A DNA stretch of 64,000 nucleotides. It comes from an uncultured Gaiellales bacterium (GTDB lineage Bacteria; Actinomycetota; Thermoleophilia; BMS3ABIN01). Positions 45,931-56,265 of the stretch are shown piece after piece (positions within the stretch are counted from its first letter, which is position 1; each line of letters begins with the position of its first letter). Both the position numbers and the translations under genes were made by a program. A model generated the notes under the pieces. That model saw nothing but the letters and a program-made list of their open reading frames with translations, did no database searches and was not told the origin of the DNA. The stretch covers positions 13,306-77,305 of the forward strand of contig CAZCCR010000006.1 in the NCBI GenBank assembly GCA_964497425.1, read 5' to 3'.

Positions 45931-48396
45931 ATGATGGGAAAAGAGGTCATGCAGGTGCCAGGAGACTTGAGAAAAATCATCATACCCATCGCAGGCATGA
46001 GTTGCGCCGCCTGCGTGGAGCGCAACCAGAAGGCGCTGAGGGATGTCCCCGGCGTGGTCAGGGCCGAGGTGAACTTCGCTACGGAGAAGGCGGCGATCGA
46101 GTACGACCCGGCAGAGACTTCCCCCGGCAGGCTGGTCGCGGCCATAGAGGATGCCGGTTATTCGGCGATCACGGACAAGGTCACCGTCCCCGTGGGTGGC
46201 ATGACCTGCGCCTCGTGCGTGGAGCATGTGGAGAAAGCCCTGCGGGCGGTGGACGGGGTCATAAGCGCTTCGGTGAACCTGGCGACGGAGAAGGCGACGG
46301 TGGAGTACGCCGCCGGCGTGGTGGCCATGGCGGACGTCAGGCGGGCCATCGAAGGGGCGGGTTATACGGTGCTGGCGACCGGGGACGAGGGGCCGGCGGG
46401 GGATGAAGACGCGGAGGCGCGCCTGCGGAGTCAGCAGTACCGCCGCCTGCAGCTGAAGGTGCTGGTGGGGGCGATCCTATCTGTCCTCGTCTTTGCCGGC
46501 AGCTTCGAATGGTTCGGCGGGTTGGGGCCGCTGAGCAACCCTTACGTGCTCTGGGCCCTGGCCACGCCGGTGCAGTTCTGGGTCGGCAGGCAGTTCTATA
46601 CCGGGGCCATCGCCGCGGCACGCCACCGTACCACCAACATGAACACGCTGGTGGCCGTGGGTTCCTCCTCGGCCTATTTCTACAGCGTGGCGGCGGTGCT
46701 CTTCCCGTCCTTCTTCGAGGCGCGGGGGCTGGGGGCGCCGGTATACTTCGATACTGCCGCCGTGATCATCACCCTCATCCTGTTCGGCCGCATGCTGGAG
46801 GCCAGGGCCAAGGGGCAGACATCGGATGCCATCAGGAAGCTGATCGGTCTCAGGCCGAAGACGGCGCGGGTCATCCGCGATGGAGAGGAAGCGGACATAC
46901 CGGTGGAGGATGTGCGCGTGGGCGACACGGTGCTGGTCAGGCCCGGGGAGAGCGTGCCTGTCGACGGCGTGGTCCTGGAGGGCGAGTCCAGCATCGACGA
47001 ATCGATGATCACCGGCGAGAGCATGCCCGTGGGAAAGCATCCCGGTGACGAGGTCATCGGCGCCACCATCAACCGGATGGGCAGCTTCAGGTTCGAGGCG
47101 GTGAGGGTGGGCAGGGACACTGCCCTGGCCAACATCATCCGTCTGGTCCAGGAGGCACAGGGCTCCAAGCCGCCCATCGCCCGCATGGCCGATGTCATCG
47201 CCAGCTACTTCGTGCCGGCCGTGTTCGCCATAGCCACGGTCACTTTCGTCATCTGGTTCGCCTTCGGGCCCGAGCCGGCTTTCACCGTGGCCCTGCTCAA
47301 CTTCGTGGCGGTGCTGATAATTGCCTGCCCCTGCGCCCTGGGCCTGGCCACGCCCACCGCCGTGATGGTGGGGACGGGCAAGGGGGCGGAAGAGGGCATC
47401 CTCATCCGGGGCGGGGACGCCCTGGAGACGGCGCACAAGCTTGACACGGTGGTGCTGGACAAGACCGGCACCCTTACCCGGGGTGAGCCTTCCCTCACCG
47501 ATGTACTCCCGCTCGGCGGGGATGAGGAGGAGGTGCTGCGGCTGGTGGCTTCGGTGGAGAGGGGTTCGGAGCATCCTTTGGGTGAGGCCATAGTCAGCGG
47601 CGCCCGCGCCCGCGGCCTGGAGCTGGCGGAGGCTTCCTCCTTCGAGGCGGTCGCCGGCCAGGGCGTGGCGGCGGAGGTGGAAGGGCATCCGGTCCTGGTG
47701 GGCAACGCCGCCATGTTCGCCGCCAGGGGTCTCGAACTGGACGGTCTGGCGCCGGCAGCCGACGGCCTTTCCCGTCAGGGGAAGACCCCCATGTTCGTAG
47801 CGGTCGATGGTCGGCCAGCCGCCGTAATCGGGGTGGCGGATACGATGAAGGATAGCTCGGGCGATGCCGTACAGAGCATGAGGCGGATGGGGCTGGAAGT
47901 GGTGATGCTCACCGGCGACAACCGGGCTACCGCTGAGGCGGTGGGCAGGGAAGCCGGGGTGGACCGGGTGCTGTCGGAAGTGCTTCCCGCCGGCAAGGCG
48001 CGCGAGGTCAGGCGGCTGCAGCAGGAGGAGAAGAAGGTGGCCATGGTCGGTGACGGTATAAACGATGCGCCGGCGCTGGCACAGGCCGACGTGGGCATAG
48101 CCATCGGCACCGGGACGGATGTGGCCATCGAGGCCGGAGACATCACCCTCATCTCCGGCGACCTCAGGGGCGTCTCCACCGCCATAGCGCTCAGCCGGCG
48201 CACCATCCAGATAATCAGGCAGAACCTCTTCTGGGCCTTCGCCTATAACACGGCGCTCATCCCCGTGGCCGCCGGGCTGCTCTATCCCTTCTTCGGCGTG
48301 ACGCTCAACCCCATGTTCGCCGCGGCCGCCATGGGGCTCTCGTCGGTGACGGTCGTCAGCAACTCCCTGCGGCTGAGGCGTTTCAGGCCGGTCTAA
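45931..48396 (+). CDS. copA: Cu(I)-translocating P1B-1 ATPase with two HMA domains
   Basis: GMSCAAC and GMTCASC; TGES; CPCALGLA; DKTGT; GDGINDAPA; YN and MGLSS. Real start near 45931-45949. Confidence 0.96.
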   Translation: MMGKEVMQVPGDLRKIIIPIAGMSCAACVERNQKALRDVPGVVRAEVNFATEKAAIEYDPAETSPGRLVAAIEDAGYSAITDKVTVPVGGMTCASCVEHVEKALRAVDGVISASVNLATEKATVEYAAGVVAMADVRRAIEGAGYTVLATGDEGPAGDEDAEARLRSQQYRRLQLKVLVGAILSVLVFAGSFEWFGGLGPLSNPYVLWALATPVQFWVGRQFYTGAIAAARHRTTNMNTLVAVGSSSAYFYSVAAVLFPSFFEARGLGAPVYFDTAAVIITLILFGRMLEARAKGQTSDAIRKLIGLRPKTARVIRDGEEADIPVEDVRVGDTVLVRPGESVPVDGVVLEGESSIDESMITGESMPVGKHPGDEVIGATINRMGSFRFEAVRVGRDTALANIIRLVQEAQGSKPPIARMADVIASYFVPAVFAIATVTFVIWFAFGPEPAFTVALLNFVAVLIIACPCALGLATPTAVMVGTGKGAEEGILIRGGDALETAHKLDTVVLDKTGTLTRGEPSLTDVLPLGGDEEEVLRLVASVERGSEHPLGEAIVSGARARGLELAEASSFEAVAGQGVAAEVEGHPVLVGNAAMFAARGLELDGLAPAADGLSRQGKTPMFVAVDGRPAAVIGVADTMKDSSGDAVQSMRRMGLEVVMLTGDNRATAEAVGREAGVDRVLSEVLPAGKAREVRRLQQEEKKVAMVGDGINDAPALAQADVGIAIGTGTDVAIEAGDITLISGDLRGVSTAIALSRRTIQIIRQNLFWAFAYNTALIPVAAGLLYPFFGVTLNPMFAAAAMGLSSVTVVSNSLRLRRFRPV

Positions 48397-48438
48397 CGGC
48401 GGGTGGCCTGAGAGTCCGGAACGGAAAGGAGCAGGAGT

Positions 48439-49248
48439 ATGTCCGAACATCGCGACTATTACCAGATCGCCCAGTTCTCCGATATCCATTGCGGCGACGC
48501 CCGCTTCGACAGCGAACTGATGCAGGCGACCCTGGATGAGATCAACGAGCTGGCGCCGGAGCTGACGGTGGTGGCGGGAGACCTGACCGCCGATGGCTAC
48601 CGCGAACAGTTCAGCGAGGCGAAGAAATACATAGACCAGCTGGAGTGCGAGAAGGTGCTGGTGATGGCGGGAAACCATGATTGCCGCAATGTCGGCTTCC
48701 TCCATTTCGAGGAGATGTTCGGCTCCCGGCGCTCCAAGACCATGGAGCTGGACTTCCGCGTCTGCTGCCGGGACACCGCGAAAGGTGTGCAGCTTCGGGC
48801 CCGGGTGCTGGCGCTGGATTCCAACAAGCCCGACCTCAACGATGGTGAGGTGGGCCGGGACCATTACGGATGGATCGACGAACAGTTCCCCGATGAGGAC
48901 GAATACAAGATCTTTGTCCTGCACCACCATCTGGTAGGAATACCAGGCACCGGCAGGGAGCGCAACGTGGTCTGGGACGCCGGCGACGTACTGGAACGGC
49001 TGCGGGCGGTGAAGGTGGACCTGGTCCTCTGCGGCCACCGGCACGTGCCCTATACCTGGCCCCTGGCCGACATGCTCATCATCAGCAGCGGTACCGCCTC
49101 CACCTGGCGCACGCGGGGGTTCACCCAGCCGTCCTACAATGTCATCCGTATCGAACCCGACACGGTGACCGTTACCAACAGGGTGCCCGGTGGTGAGGTG
49201 GTACGGCAGGAGAGCTTCCGCCGGGGGGCGGGCATGGAAGCGGTATGA
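48439..49248 (+). CDS. Metallophosphoesterase (CpdA/Icc-like)
   Basis: SDIH; AGDLT; AGNHD; LHHH; CGHRH; AAAGGAG RBS. Confidence 0.88.
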   Translation: MSEHRDYYQIAQFSDIHCGDARFDSELMQATLDEINELAPELTVVAGDLTADGYREQFSEAKKYIDQLECEKVLVMAGNHDCRNVGFLHFEEMFGSRRSKTMELDFRVCCRDTAKGVQLRARVLALDSNKPDLNDGEVGRDHYGWIDEQFPDEDEYKIFVLHHHLVGIPGTGRERNVVWDAGDVLERLRAVKVDLVLCGHRHVPYTWPLADMLIISSGTASTWRTRGFTQPSYNVIRIEPDTVTVTNRVPGGEVVRQESFRRGAGMEAV

Positions 49249-49279
49249 ACGCCGCAGGCCTGGAGCGGCGCCTGTTCTC

Positions 49280-49309
49280 TTGACACCCGGCTCCCCGTGA
49301 GGTTAAGCT
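49280..49309 (+). promoter_or_regulatory. Sigma70-type promoter of the rhodanese lipoprotein
   Basis: TTGACA-N18-TAAGCT. Confidence 0.6.
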
Positions 49310-49408
49310 TGCGCCGTCCACACGCAGAGGGGTGTCGGTTGCGCCGCCGGAGGCCTGGTTCCTTCAAGCGGCTCCCTCGTCCAACGCGATAACGGGAGAG
49401 TGATTGCC

Positions 49409-50461
49409 ATGTCGAGATTCTGGAAGTACCTGGTTCTGACGGCGTTGTTGATCGGTCTGCTGGCGCCGACGGCGCTGGTGGCCACCGGCTGCGGTGGGGA
49501 GACCACGACGACGGCGGCGACGGCTACGAAGGCTGCTGTCGATTCGGCGGCGCTGGCGGAACGGGCCAATGAAGTGCTCTCTGCCGACCCGGGCGACTAT
49601 GCGGGCAACTCCATCAAGGCCCCGGACCTTCAAGCGATACTGAAGGACCCGGCCCGGAAGGATTCCTTTTTCGTGCTCGATGTCCGCGCCGCCAAGGATT
49701 ACGACGCGGGTCATATCGAGGGAGCCACCAACGTGCCCTTCGCCAAGTGGGCTGCACCTGACAGCCTGAGCGCCCTGCCCAAGGACAAGACAATCGCCGT
49801 GGTCTGTTACACGGGACACACTGCTGCCGAGGTCGTCGGCGGCCTGCGCATGCTTGGGTATGACGCCATCGCCGTCCGTGGCGGGATGCTGGGCTGGGTA
49901 TCGAACGATACTACCCGGAAGGTGGCGGATTCCCTTCTGGCGGCTGACAACCCTACGGTGAACACTCCGGCCGGGACTTCCGCCAAGGGAACGTCCAGCG
50001 GCAAGCTGAGCGCGCCCTCTGATGACGTCTATGAAGCCATCGCCGGCAAGGCCAACACGGACATGGGCAGCATGCCCACCAGCGGCGATTACGCCAACAA
50101 CGTCATCACCGCCGATGCGCTCAAGGCGATGCTGGATGACCCTGCAAAGAAGGACAGTCTTTTCCTGCTGGATATCCGCAGCGCCAAGGACTACGAGACG
50201 GTCGGACACATCGAAGGGGCGACCAACATCCCCTTCGCCGATGTGGCGGTGCCGGACAACCTGGCGCGGCTGCCGAAGGACAAGAAGATCATAGTCATCT
50301 GTTACACGGGCAACACGGCTGCGCAGACCACCATGATCCTGAGGATACTGGGATACGACGCGGCGGTAATGAAATACGGCTCCATGGGCTGGACGGTGAC
50401 GCCCAACACCCAGGGGTTCGTCGACTACATAACCACCGCCAACTGCCCGGTGGTGCAGTAA
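49409..50461 (+). CDS. Tandem-rhodanese lipoprotein (both domains keep Cys)
   Basis: Lipobox LVATG-C; DVR..DY..GHIEGA; active-site loops VCYTGHT and ICYTGNT. Confidence 0.88.
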   Translation: MSRFWKYLVLTALLIGLLAPTALVATGCGGETTTTAATATKAAVDSAALAERANEVLSADPGDYAGNSIKAPDLQAILKDPARKDSFFVLDVRAAKDYDAGHIEGATNVPFAKWAAPDSLSALPKDKTIAVVCYTGHTAAEVVGGLRMLGYDAIAVRGGMLGWVSNDTTRKVADSLLAADNPTVNTPAGTSAKGTSSGKLSAPSDDVYEAIAGKANTDMGSMPTSGDYANNVITADALKAMLDDPAKKDSLFLLDIRSAKDYETVGHIEGATNIPFADVAVPDNLARLPKDKKIIVICYTGNTAAQTTMILRILGYDAAVMKYGSMGWTVTPNTQGFVDYITTANCPVVQ

Positions 50462-50517
50462 GACGGGGCGGGCTATGTGAGAGCCGTGGCCGACGGCCGC
50501 GGTGAGTTGTGACATAC

Positions 50518-50550
50518 GGGGGCGGCGCGCCCTGGCGGCGCGCCGCCCCC
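50518..50550. terminator. GC stem-loop downstream of the rhodanese lipoprotein
   Basis: GGGGGCGGCGCGCC-CTGGC-GGCGCGCCGCCCCC, perfect 14-bp stem, no long U tract. Confidence 0.6.
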
Positions 50551-50725
50551 GTTCCGGTCAGGCGGCAGCCTCTGCTATAATGGCTGTACCGTTTCCCATA
50601 TGGTCGGCGGCGGCTATGATGCGCGGGACCGCGCCGGATATGTGGGACGGTTTCTGTTTGCAGGGAAAGAGAAAGGCTATGTCGGGCGCCGGACCGTGGG
50701 TCTGGTAACCGGCTGGAAGACAGCA

Positions 50726-51757
50726 ATGGATAATCAGCGAAGCGGCACAAGGCGACATGAGAGGGAAGAATCGTACCGGAAGGCGCAATATCCGGCGGAG
50801 AGCGCCGAGCTTGCCCGTTATCGGCAGGTGATCGGGGACCGGGCGATGGAGGTGCTGGCTTCCACGCCCATGAGCGACCATGATTTCATCGCCAACGGCC
50901 TTTACGGCCAGGAACTGGCCCGGCGGCTGACAAGGGAAAGCGAAGCCGGAAGGTTCTTCCTGCTGGACGTGCGGCGACGCGAGGATTTCGAAAGATGCCA
51001 TATCCAGGGCGCAGTCAGGGTGGATTTCCATCGCTGGGCCGAACCGGGGAATCTGGCTTTGCTGCCGCGGGACAGGAAGATAGTGGTGCTGAGCTATGCC
51101 GGTCTGGCGGCGGCCCAGGTTGCTTCGGGCCTGAGGCTGCTGGGGTACGACGCCGTGGTGGTGAAGACGGGCATGAACGGGTGGAAGCGTAACGACGGCA
51201 CCGGCAAGGTGCTGGAAGATATCGGGGCAGCCGCCTACCCGGTGGAACGGAAACCTCCCGAGCCGTTCGCCCCCGCTCCGGAGATGGAGTTCCGGCAGCC
51301 GTCCGGCGAGGAGTTCAGGATCATCGCCGAGAGGGCGGCGCAGGTCTTCAGGCGCGCGCCGCGGGACGGCTCCTTCAGGCACAACACCATAGAAGCGGGG
51401 TACCTCCACCGGCAGTTGCAGAACGGCGGCGGCGACAGGTACTTCATCCTGGACCTCAGGCGCGAGGAGGACTTCGAGGGGGTCGGCCACATCGGCGGCG
51501 CCAGCCAGGTCGATTTCACCGCCGCCATGGTGGAAGAGAACTTCAGCCGGCTGCCGCGGGATCGCAGGATCGTGGTGGTCTGTTACACGGGCAACCTGGC
51601 GGCGCAGCTGGTCACGGTCCTGCGCCTGCTGGGCTTCGATGCCGTGGCCCTGAGGTACGGGATGATAGGTTGGACCATGACCCCCACCACCAGGCTGTAT
51701 CTCAAGGACATCGAATCCGCCGACTACCCCGTGGTCTCACGCGCAGAAGATAACTGA
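50726..51757 (+). CDS. Cytoplasmic tandem-rhodanese protein, paralogue of the upstream gene
   Basis: DVRRREDFERCHIQGA; first loop LSYAGLA (Cys to Ser), second VCYTGNL. Extended -10 TGCTATAAT at 50573. Start uncertain (50600, 50726 or later). Confidence 0.8.
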   Translation: MDNQRSGTRRHEREESYRKAQYPAESAELARYRQVIGDRAMEVLASTPMSDHDFIANGLYGQELARRLTRESEAGRFFLLDVRRREDFERCHIQGAVRVDFHRWAEPGNLALLPRDRKIVVLSYAGLAAAQVASGLRLLGYDAVVVKTGMNGWKRNDGTGKVLEDIGAAAYPVERKPPEPFAPAPEMEFRQPSGEEFRIIAERAAQVFRRAPRDGSFRHNTIEAGYLHRQLQNGGGDRYFILDLRREEDFEGVGHIGGASQVDFTAAMVEENFSRLPRDRRIVVVCYTGNLAAQLVTVLRLLGFDAVALRYGMIGWTMTPTTRLYLKDIESADYPVVSRAEDN

Positions 51758-51930
51758 ACCCGCAGGCGTTCAGCCGCCGTTCTCTTTATTCTCTTCCATC
51801 TCTTTCCGGGCTTTCCGGCGGTCCTGCTTGCCGTACTTCCGGGAGGAATGGGGTCCGGCTCCCGACCTGGGCCTGCCGGCGAAGGGGTTGCGCGGCTTGC
51901 CCTTCCTTTTTCCACCCCTGGCCATGCGTC

Positions 51931-52380
51931 TTATCCTTTCCCCCTGCTGTCCAGCAGGATGGTCACCGGTCCGTCGTTGACCAGCTCCACGTCCATCATG
52001 GCGCCGAAGCTGCCGGTGCTGGTGGGTATGCCGCTTTCGCGGAGAAGTTCAGCCACCCGCAGATATAGTTCTTCCGCCAGCTCCGGCCCGGCGGCGCCGG
52101 TGAAGCTGGGCCGGTTGCCCCTGCGGGCGTCGCCCAGCAGGGTGAACTGGCTGACCAGCAATATGCCGCCGCCGGCCTGGCCCACATCCAGGTTCATCCT
52201 GCCGGCGCCGTCCTCGAATATCCTCAGCCGGGCCAGCTTGCCGGCCATGTATTCGGCGTCGGCCTCACCGTCGCCGGCGGCCACGCCCAGGAGCACCAGC
52301 ATGCCTTCGCCGGTCTCCCCGACGGTTTTTCCGTCCACCCGGACCATGGCCCGGGTCACCCTCTGCACCACGGCTTTCAT
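51931..52380 (-). CDS. dtd: D-aminoacyl-tRNA deacylase
   Basis: MKAVVQRV; SQFTL; GNRPSF; FGAMMDVELVNDGPVT. Confidence 0.97.
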   Translation of the reverse strand: MKAVVQRVTRAMVRVDGKTVGETGEGMLVLLGVAAGDGEADAEYMAGKLARLRIFEDGAGRMNLDVGQAGGGILLVSQFTLLGDARRGNRPSFTGAAGPELAEELYLRVAELLRESGIPTSTGSFGAMMDVELVNDGPVTILLDSRGKG

Positions 52381-52493
52381 GGTGACAAGTCTAACCGCAC
52401 CGGGGCCCGGTTGGAAGCTTGCAGTTGAAGTGAGCGCCGGGATAAATCAGAATCGGGTCAGCGCCGGGCGCGACCCGCCCGGCTGGAAAACCA

Positions 52494-53909
52494 ATGGACA
52501 CATCCTTGAAGACAGGAACACTCGATTCCGGCAGCGCCTGGCTGCTTTACGCGGCGCTGCTGACAGGAAGCCTCTGGAGCGGCAGCTACTTCCCCACGCC
52601 CAAATGGGTCTTTATCGTCCTGCTGCTGGCGGCGGGCGCCTGGGAACTGGCGGTGTCGCTGGAAGGCGGGACGGCACGGCTGCCGCGCTCACCCGCTTTC
52701 TGGCTGCTCACTCCCTTCACCTTGTTCGCCGCGGCGGGTGTCTTCTGGTCTCTCGCCCCGTCGGATACGGTTCGCGAGACCCTGCTGCTTTGCGGTTACC
52801 TTTCTGTTGTATATGTGATGGCGGGGAACCTGCGCCGCCGCCCGGGGGCGGCGGCGCAGGTGGCGGCCTGGATGGTCTACGCTGCGGCCTTCATCGGCGC
52901 CTGGGGCGTGGGGGCCTACATCATGCGGGCGCAGCCCTACACGATCCTGCTGGACGGCGTCTACCGGGCCGGCTCCACCTTCGAATACTCAAACGCCCTC
53001 AGCTGCTTCTGCCTGATGGCCCTGCCCCTCACCTGGGCGTTGCTCATCACAGCCGCCGACCGTGACCGGGCGCTTTTCGCCGCGGCCGCTTCCATCCAGG
53101 TGACCGCGGTGGTCCTGGCTTTCTCGCGGCTGGGGATGGCGTTGCTGGCGCTGCTGACCGTCTTTTATCTGGCAGCTTCCTGGCGCCGGCGCATGTTGCC
53201 GGAGCTGCTGCTGACCCTGGCCACGGGACTGCCGGCCGCGGCCCTGGCGACGGCACTGGCGGGCTCGGGAAGGCAGGCAGCCGCCGCGGCGGCGGCGGGG
53301 GGGATGGCGCTCCTGGCCTGGCTGGGACAGGGGCCGGCGGCGAGGGTTTCCGGCCACAGGCTGGGAGCCGCCGCCGCGGCGGCGGTGGCGGCCGCGGCCC
53401 TGGCCGCGGCCGCCCTCCTGACACGACTGAGTGAGAGCCTGGACCTGGCCGTGACCCGCAGGTTCCGCCAGGGCATCGCCCTCAGCAAACTCCTGCCCCA
53501 CAGGCTCGACACCTACAGCGGCACGGCGGCGGCCTTCCACGCACATCCCGTCGCCGGCAGCGGGCTGGGTACCTTTGCCCGCGTGTACCAGCAGTACGCC
53601 ATAACCTCATACACCAAATTCGCTCACAATCTGGTCCTGCAGATGGCGGTGGATACGGGGGTCATCGGGGCGGTGCTTTTCTCCCTGTTCCTGGTATACG
53701 CCGCCGCCGCAGGCATCTGGCGCCTGCTGAAGGGGCCGGACATGCTCAACCGGGGGTTCGCCCTGGCCGCCCTTGTCTTCATCGCCTATAACATGGTGGA
53801 TTGGGAATGGTATGTGCCGGCGCTCACGGCCTGGTTCCTGGTCGTGCTCGCCGCCATGGAACACCGATGGGAAGAGGTTCGTCCCCGGCCTCCGGGGCGG
53901 TCCGCGTGA
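52494..53909 (+). CDS. O-antigen ligase/Wzy_C-family membrane protein
   Basis: About 12 TM helices; RAGSTFEYSNA; FSRLG; PVAGSGLGTF...AHNLVLQMAVDTGVIG. Confidence 0.85.
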   Translation: MDTSLKTGTLDSGSAWLLYAALLTGSLWSGSYFPTPKWVFIVLLLAAGAWELAVSLEGGTARLPRSPAFWLLTPFTLFAAAGVFWSLAPSDTVRETLLLCGYLSVVYVMAGNLRRRPGAAAQVAAWMVYAAAFIGAWGVGAYIMRAQPYTILLDGVYRAGSTFEYSNALSCFCLMALPLTWALLITAADRDRALFAAAASIQVTAVVLAFSRLGMALLALLTVFYLAASWRRRMLPELLLTLATGLPAAALATALAGSGRQAAAAAAAGGMALLAWLGQGPAARVSGHRLGAAAAAAVAAAALAAAALLTRLSESLDLAVTRRFRQGIALSKLLPHRLDTYSGTAAAFHAHPVAGSGLGTFARVYQQYAITSYTKFAHNLVLQMAVDTGVIGAVLFSLFLVYAAAAGIWRLLKGPDMLNRGFALAALVFIAYNMVDWEWYVPALTAWFLVVLAAMEHRWEEVRPRPPGRSA

Positions 53910-53918
53910 AACGCGCCC

Positions 53919-54800
53919 TCAGTGCAGGAGCAGGTCGGTGGTGAGGAAGACTATATAGACGACGCTGATCACCCCGTTCATGGTCATGAAGGCGGTGTTC
54001 ACCCGGGAGAGGTCGCGTGGGGAGACGATGGCGTTCTCCCAGGCCAGCAGCAGGGCGACTATGGCCAGGCCTGAGAAATACACTGCGCCCAGCTCCCGCT
54101 CCAGACCGGTCAGCAACAGCAGCGCCACCGCCGCCAGATGGAACAGTCGCGTAAGCCACAGTGCCGCCGCCACCCCCACCGATACCGGCAGGGAATGGAT
54201 GCCCTCGCGGCGGTCGAAGTCCAGGTCGAGGCAGGCGTAGATGATGTCGAAGCCGGCGATCCAGAAAGCCACGGCCCCCATCAGCAGGAAGGGCTGCCAG
54301 ACCAGCCTGGGGCTTACCGCCAGCCAGCCTCCCACCGGCGCCAGGCCGATGGTGGCGCCGAGGAACAGGTGGCAGAGGGAGGTGAAACGCTTGGTGTAGG
54401 GGTAGATGACGAACGCGGCGACCACGATGGGTGAGAGGTACCAGGTGATGTGCGGCAGGTGGAAGAGGGAGAAGGCCAGCAGGGCCAGGGAGATGGTCAG
54501 GAAAGCCAGGGCCTCGTCGAGGGAGAGCTGCCCGGAGGGCAGTTCACGCCCGGCGGTGCGGGGGTTGCGGGCATCGATCTCCCTGTCGATCACCCGGTTC
54601 AGGCCCATGGCCAGGCTGCGCGCCGCCACCATGGCCAGGGTGATCCAGAGCAGCTTGCGGGAGGACGGGATGCGGTTGTGGGCCAGGAAGGCCCCGGCAT
54701 AGGCGAAGGGCAGGGCGAAGACGCTGTGCTCCAGCTTGACGAAACCCGCCAACAGCCGCGGCAGCCTCAGCAGGGATATGGCGCCGGCCTTCCCGGTCAT
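53919..54800 (-). CDS. ubiA: UbiA-like prenyltransferase (MqnP type, futalosine menaquinone pathway)
   Basis: VKLEHSVFALPFA; ARSLAMGLNRVIDREIDARNPRTAGRELP; GFDIIYACLD. Confidence 0.9.
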   Translation of the reverse strand: MTGKAGAISLLRLPRLLAGFVKLEHSVFALPFAYAGAFLAHNRIPSSRKLLWITLAMVAARSLAMGLNRVIDREIDARNPRTAGRELPSGQLSLDEALAFLTISLALLAFSLFHLPHITWYLSPIVVAAFVIYPYTKRFTSLCHLFLGATIGLAPVGGWLAVSPRLVWQPFLLMGAVAFWIAGFDIIYACLDLDFDRREGIHSLPVSVGVAAALWLTRLFHLAAVALLLLTGLERELGAVYFSGLAIVALLLAWENAIVSPRDLSRVNTAFMTMNGVISVVYIVFLTTDLLLH

Positions 54801-54825
54801 GGTCCCGGCGGTCGGCGTTTCCCGG

Positions 54826-56265
54826 TCACGACAGGTCGATACCGTAACGGGGCCACTTCTCGTCCACCAGCTTCTTTATCCCCTCGCTCATGACGATATC
54901 GTCGGGCCACTGGCGCGGATGCCCCTCGCTGGCCCAGGTCTTGGTGGCGTCTATGCCCATCTTGGCGCCGTAGTTGGCCGTGGGGCTGGAGTGGTCCAGC
55001 ACGTCCAGAGGTCCCTCACTGATGAGCACGTCCCGGCGCGGGTCCACGTTGTTGAAGACCCGCCAGGCCACCTCGCTCTCGTCATGCACATCCACGTGAC
55101 TGTCGACGACGACCACGAACTTGGTGAAGGAGAGCATGCCCAGACCCCAGACGGCGCTCATCACCTTCTTGGCCTGGGTGGGGTAGCTCTTGTCGATGGA
55201 GATGATGGCGCAGTTGTGGAACACGCCCTCCAGAGGGAGGTTCATGTCCACCATCTCCGGCAGCGTCACCTTCAGCATGGGCAGGAACAGGCGCTCCGTG
55301 GCCTTGCCCAGGTAGCAATCCTCCATGGGCGGCCGGCCGACGATGGTGGTGGCGTAGACGGGGTCGCGGCGGTGGGTGATACAGGTCAGGTGGAAGACCG
55401 GGTAGTCATCCGCCAGGGAATAATAGCCGGTATGGTCGCCGAAGGGACCCTCGCGCCTGAACTCGCCCCGGTTGACGTATCCCTCCAGGATTATCTCCGC
55501 CGTCGCCGGCACCTCCAGGTCGATGGTGCGGCATCTGACCATCTCCACGGGGCTGCCCTTCAGGAAACCCGCCAGCATCATCTCGTCCAGATCCCGCGGC
55601 AGCGGCGCCGTCGCCGCGTAGGTGGTGGCCGGGTCGGTGCCGATGGCCACCGCCACCTCCAGGCGCTCGCCGGCGGCGCGGAAGTTCTCGGCCCCGTCCT
55701 TGTGCACGTGCCAGTGCATGCCGGTGGTGCGCGAGTCGAACTTCTGCAGGCGGTACATACCGGCGTTGCGACGGCCGGATACGGGGTCGCGGGTGAAGAC
55801 CACCGGCAGGGTGATGAAGGGACCACCGTCGCCGGGCCAGCTCTTCAGTATGGGCAGGGCATCCAGGTCGGGCTCGTCCATCACTATCTCCTGGCAGGGG
55901 CCGGAACGGACGATCTTCGGCGCCGACGAGGCGAGATGGCGCAGCCTGCCCAGGGCCCGGACCTTGCTTACCAGCCCCCGGGGCACCTGCATCTCCAGCA
56001 CCTGCGCCAGGCGGCCGGCCACCTCGTCCAGGTCGGCGCCGCCCAGGGCCAGGCTCATGCGTTTCATGCTGCCGAACTGGTTGATCAGGAGCGGCATCTG
56101 CGAGCCGGTAGGGTTGCGGAACAGCAGGGCCGGGCCGTGAGCCTTGCTGACGCGGTCGGTGATCTCCGTTATCTCCAGTTCGGGGTCGGCCGGCTCGCTG
56201 ATCTCGACCAGCTCGCCTTCCTTTCGCAGGATATGGATGAACTGTCTCAGGTCGTCAATGGCCAT
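54826..56265 (-). CDS. ubiD: UbiD-family menaquinone biosynthesis decarboxylase (MqnL type)
   Basis: LEITEITDR; GPALLF; NAGMYRLQ; EGPFGDHTGYY; GRPPMED; KMGIDAT. ATG 56265 follows GGAGG. Confidence 0.93.
   Translation of the reverse strand: MAIDDLRQFIHILRKEGELVEISEPADPELEITEITDRVSKAHGPALLFRNPTGSQMPLLINQFGSMKRMSLALGGADLDEVAGRLAQVLEMQVPRGLVSKVRALGRLRHLASSAPKIVRSGPCQEIVMDEPDLDALPILKSWPGDGGPFITLPVVFTRDPVSGRRNAGMYRLQKFDSRTTGMHWHVHKDGAENFRAAGERLEVAVAIGTDPATTYAATAPLPRDLDEMMLAGFLKGSPVEMVRCRTIDLEVPATAEIILEGYVNRGEFRREGPFGDHTGYYSLADDYPVFHLTCITHRRDPVYATTIVGRPPMEDCYLGKATERLFLPMLKVTLPEMVDMNLPLEGVFHNCAIISIDKSYPTQAKKVMSAVWGLGMLSFTKFVVVVDSHVDVHDESEVAWRVFNNVDPRRDVLISEGPLDVLDHSSPTANYGAKMGIDATKTWASEGHPRQWPDDIVMSEGIKKLVDEKWPRYGIDLS

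Noticed and set aside
46477-49044. 855-aa antisense ORF, and similar long opposite-strand or alternative-frame ORFs (e.g. 6356-7555, 22249-23493, 28935-30338, 54736-56406, 59421-60659)
   Set aside because: These are shadow ORFs of well-supported genes, expected at high GC, with no recognisable motifs.
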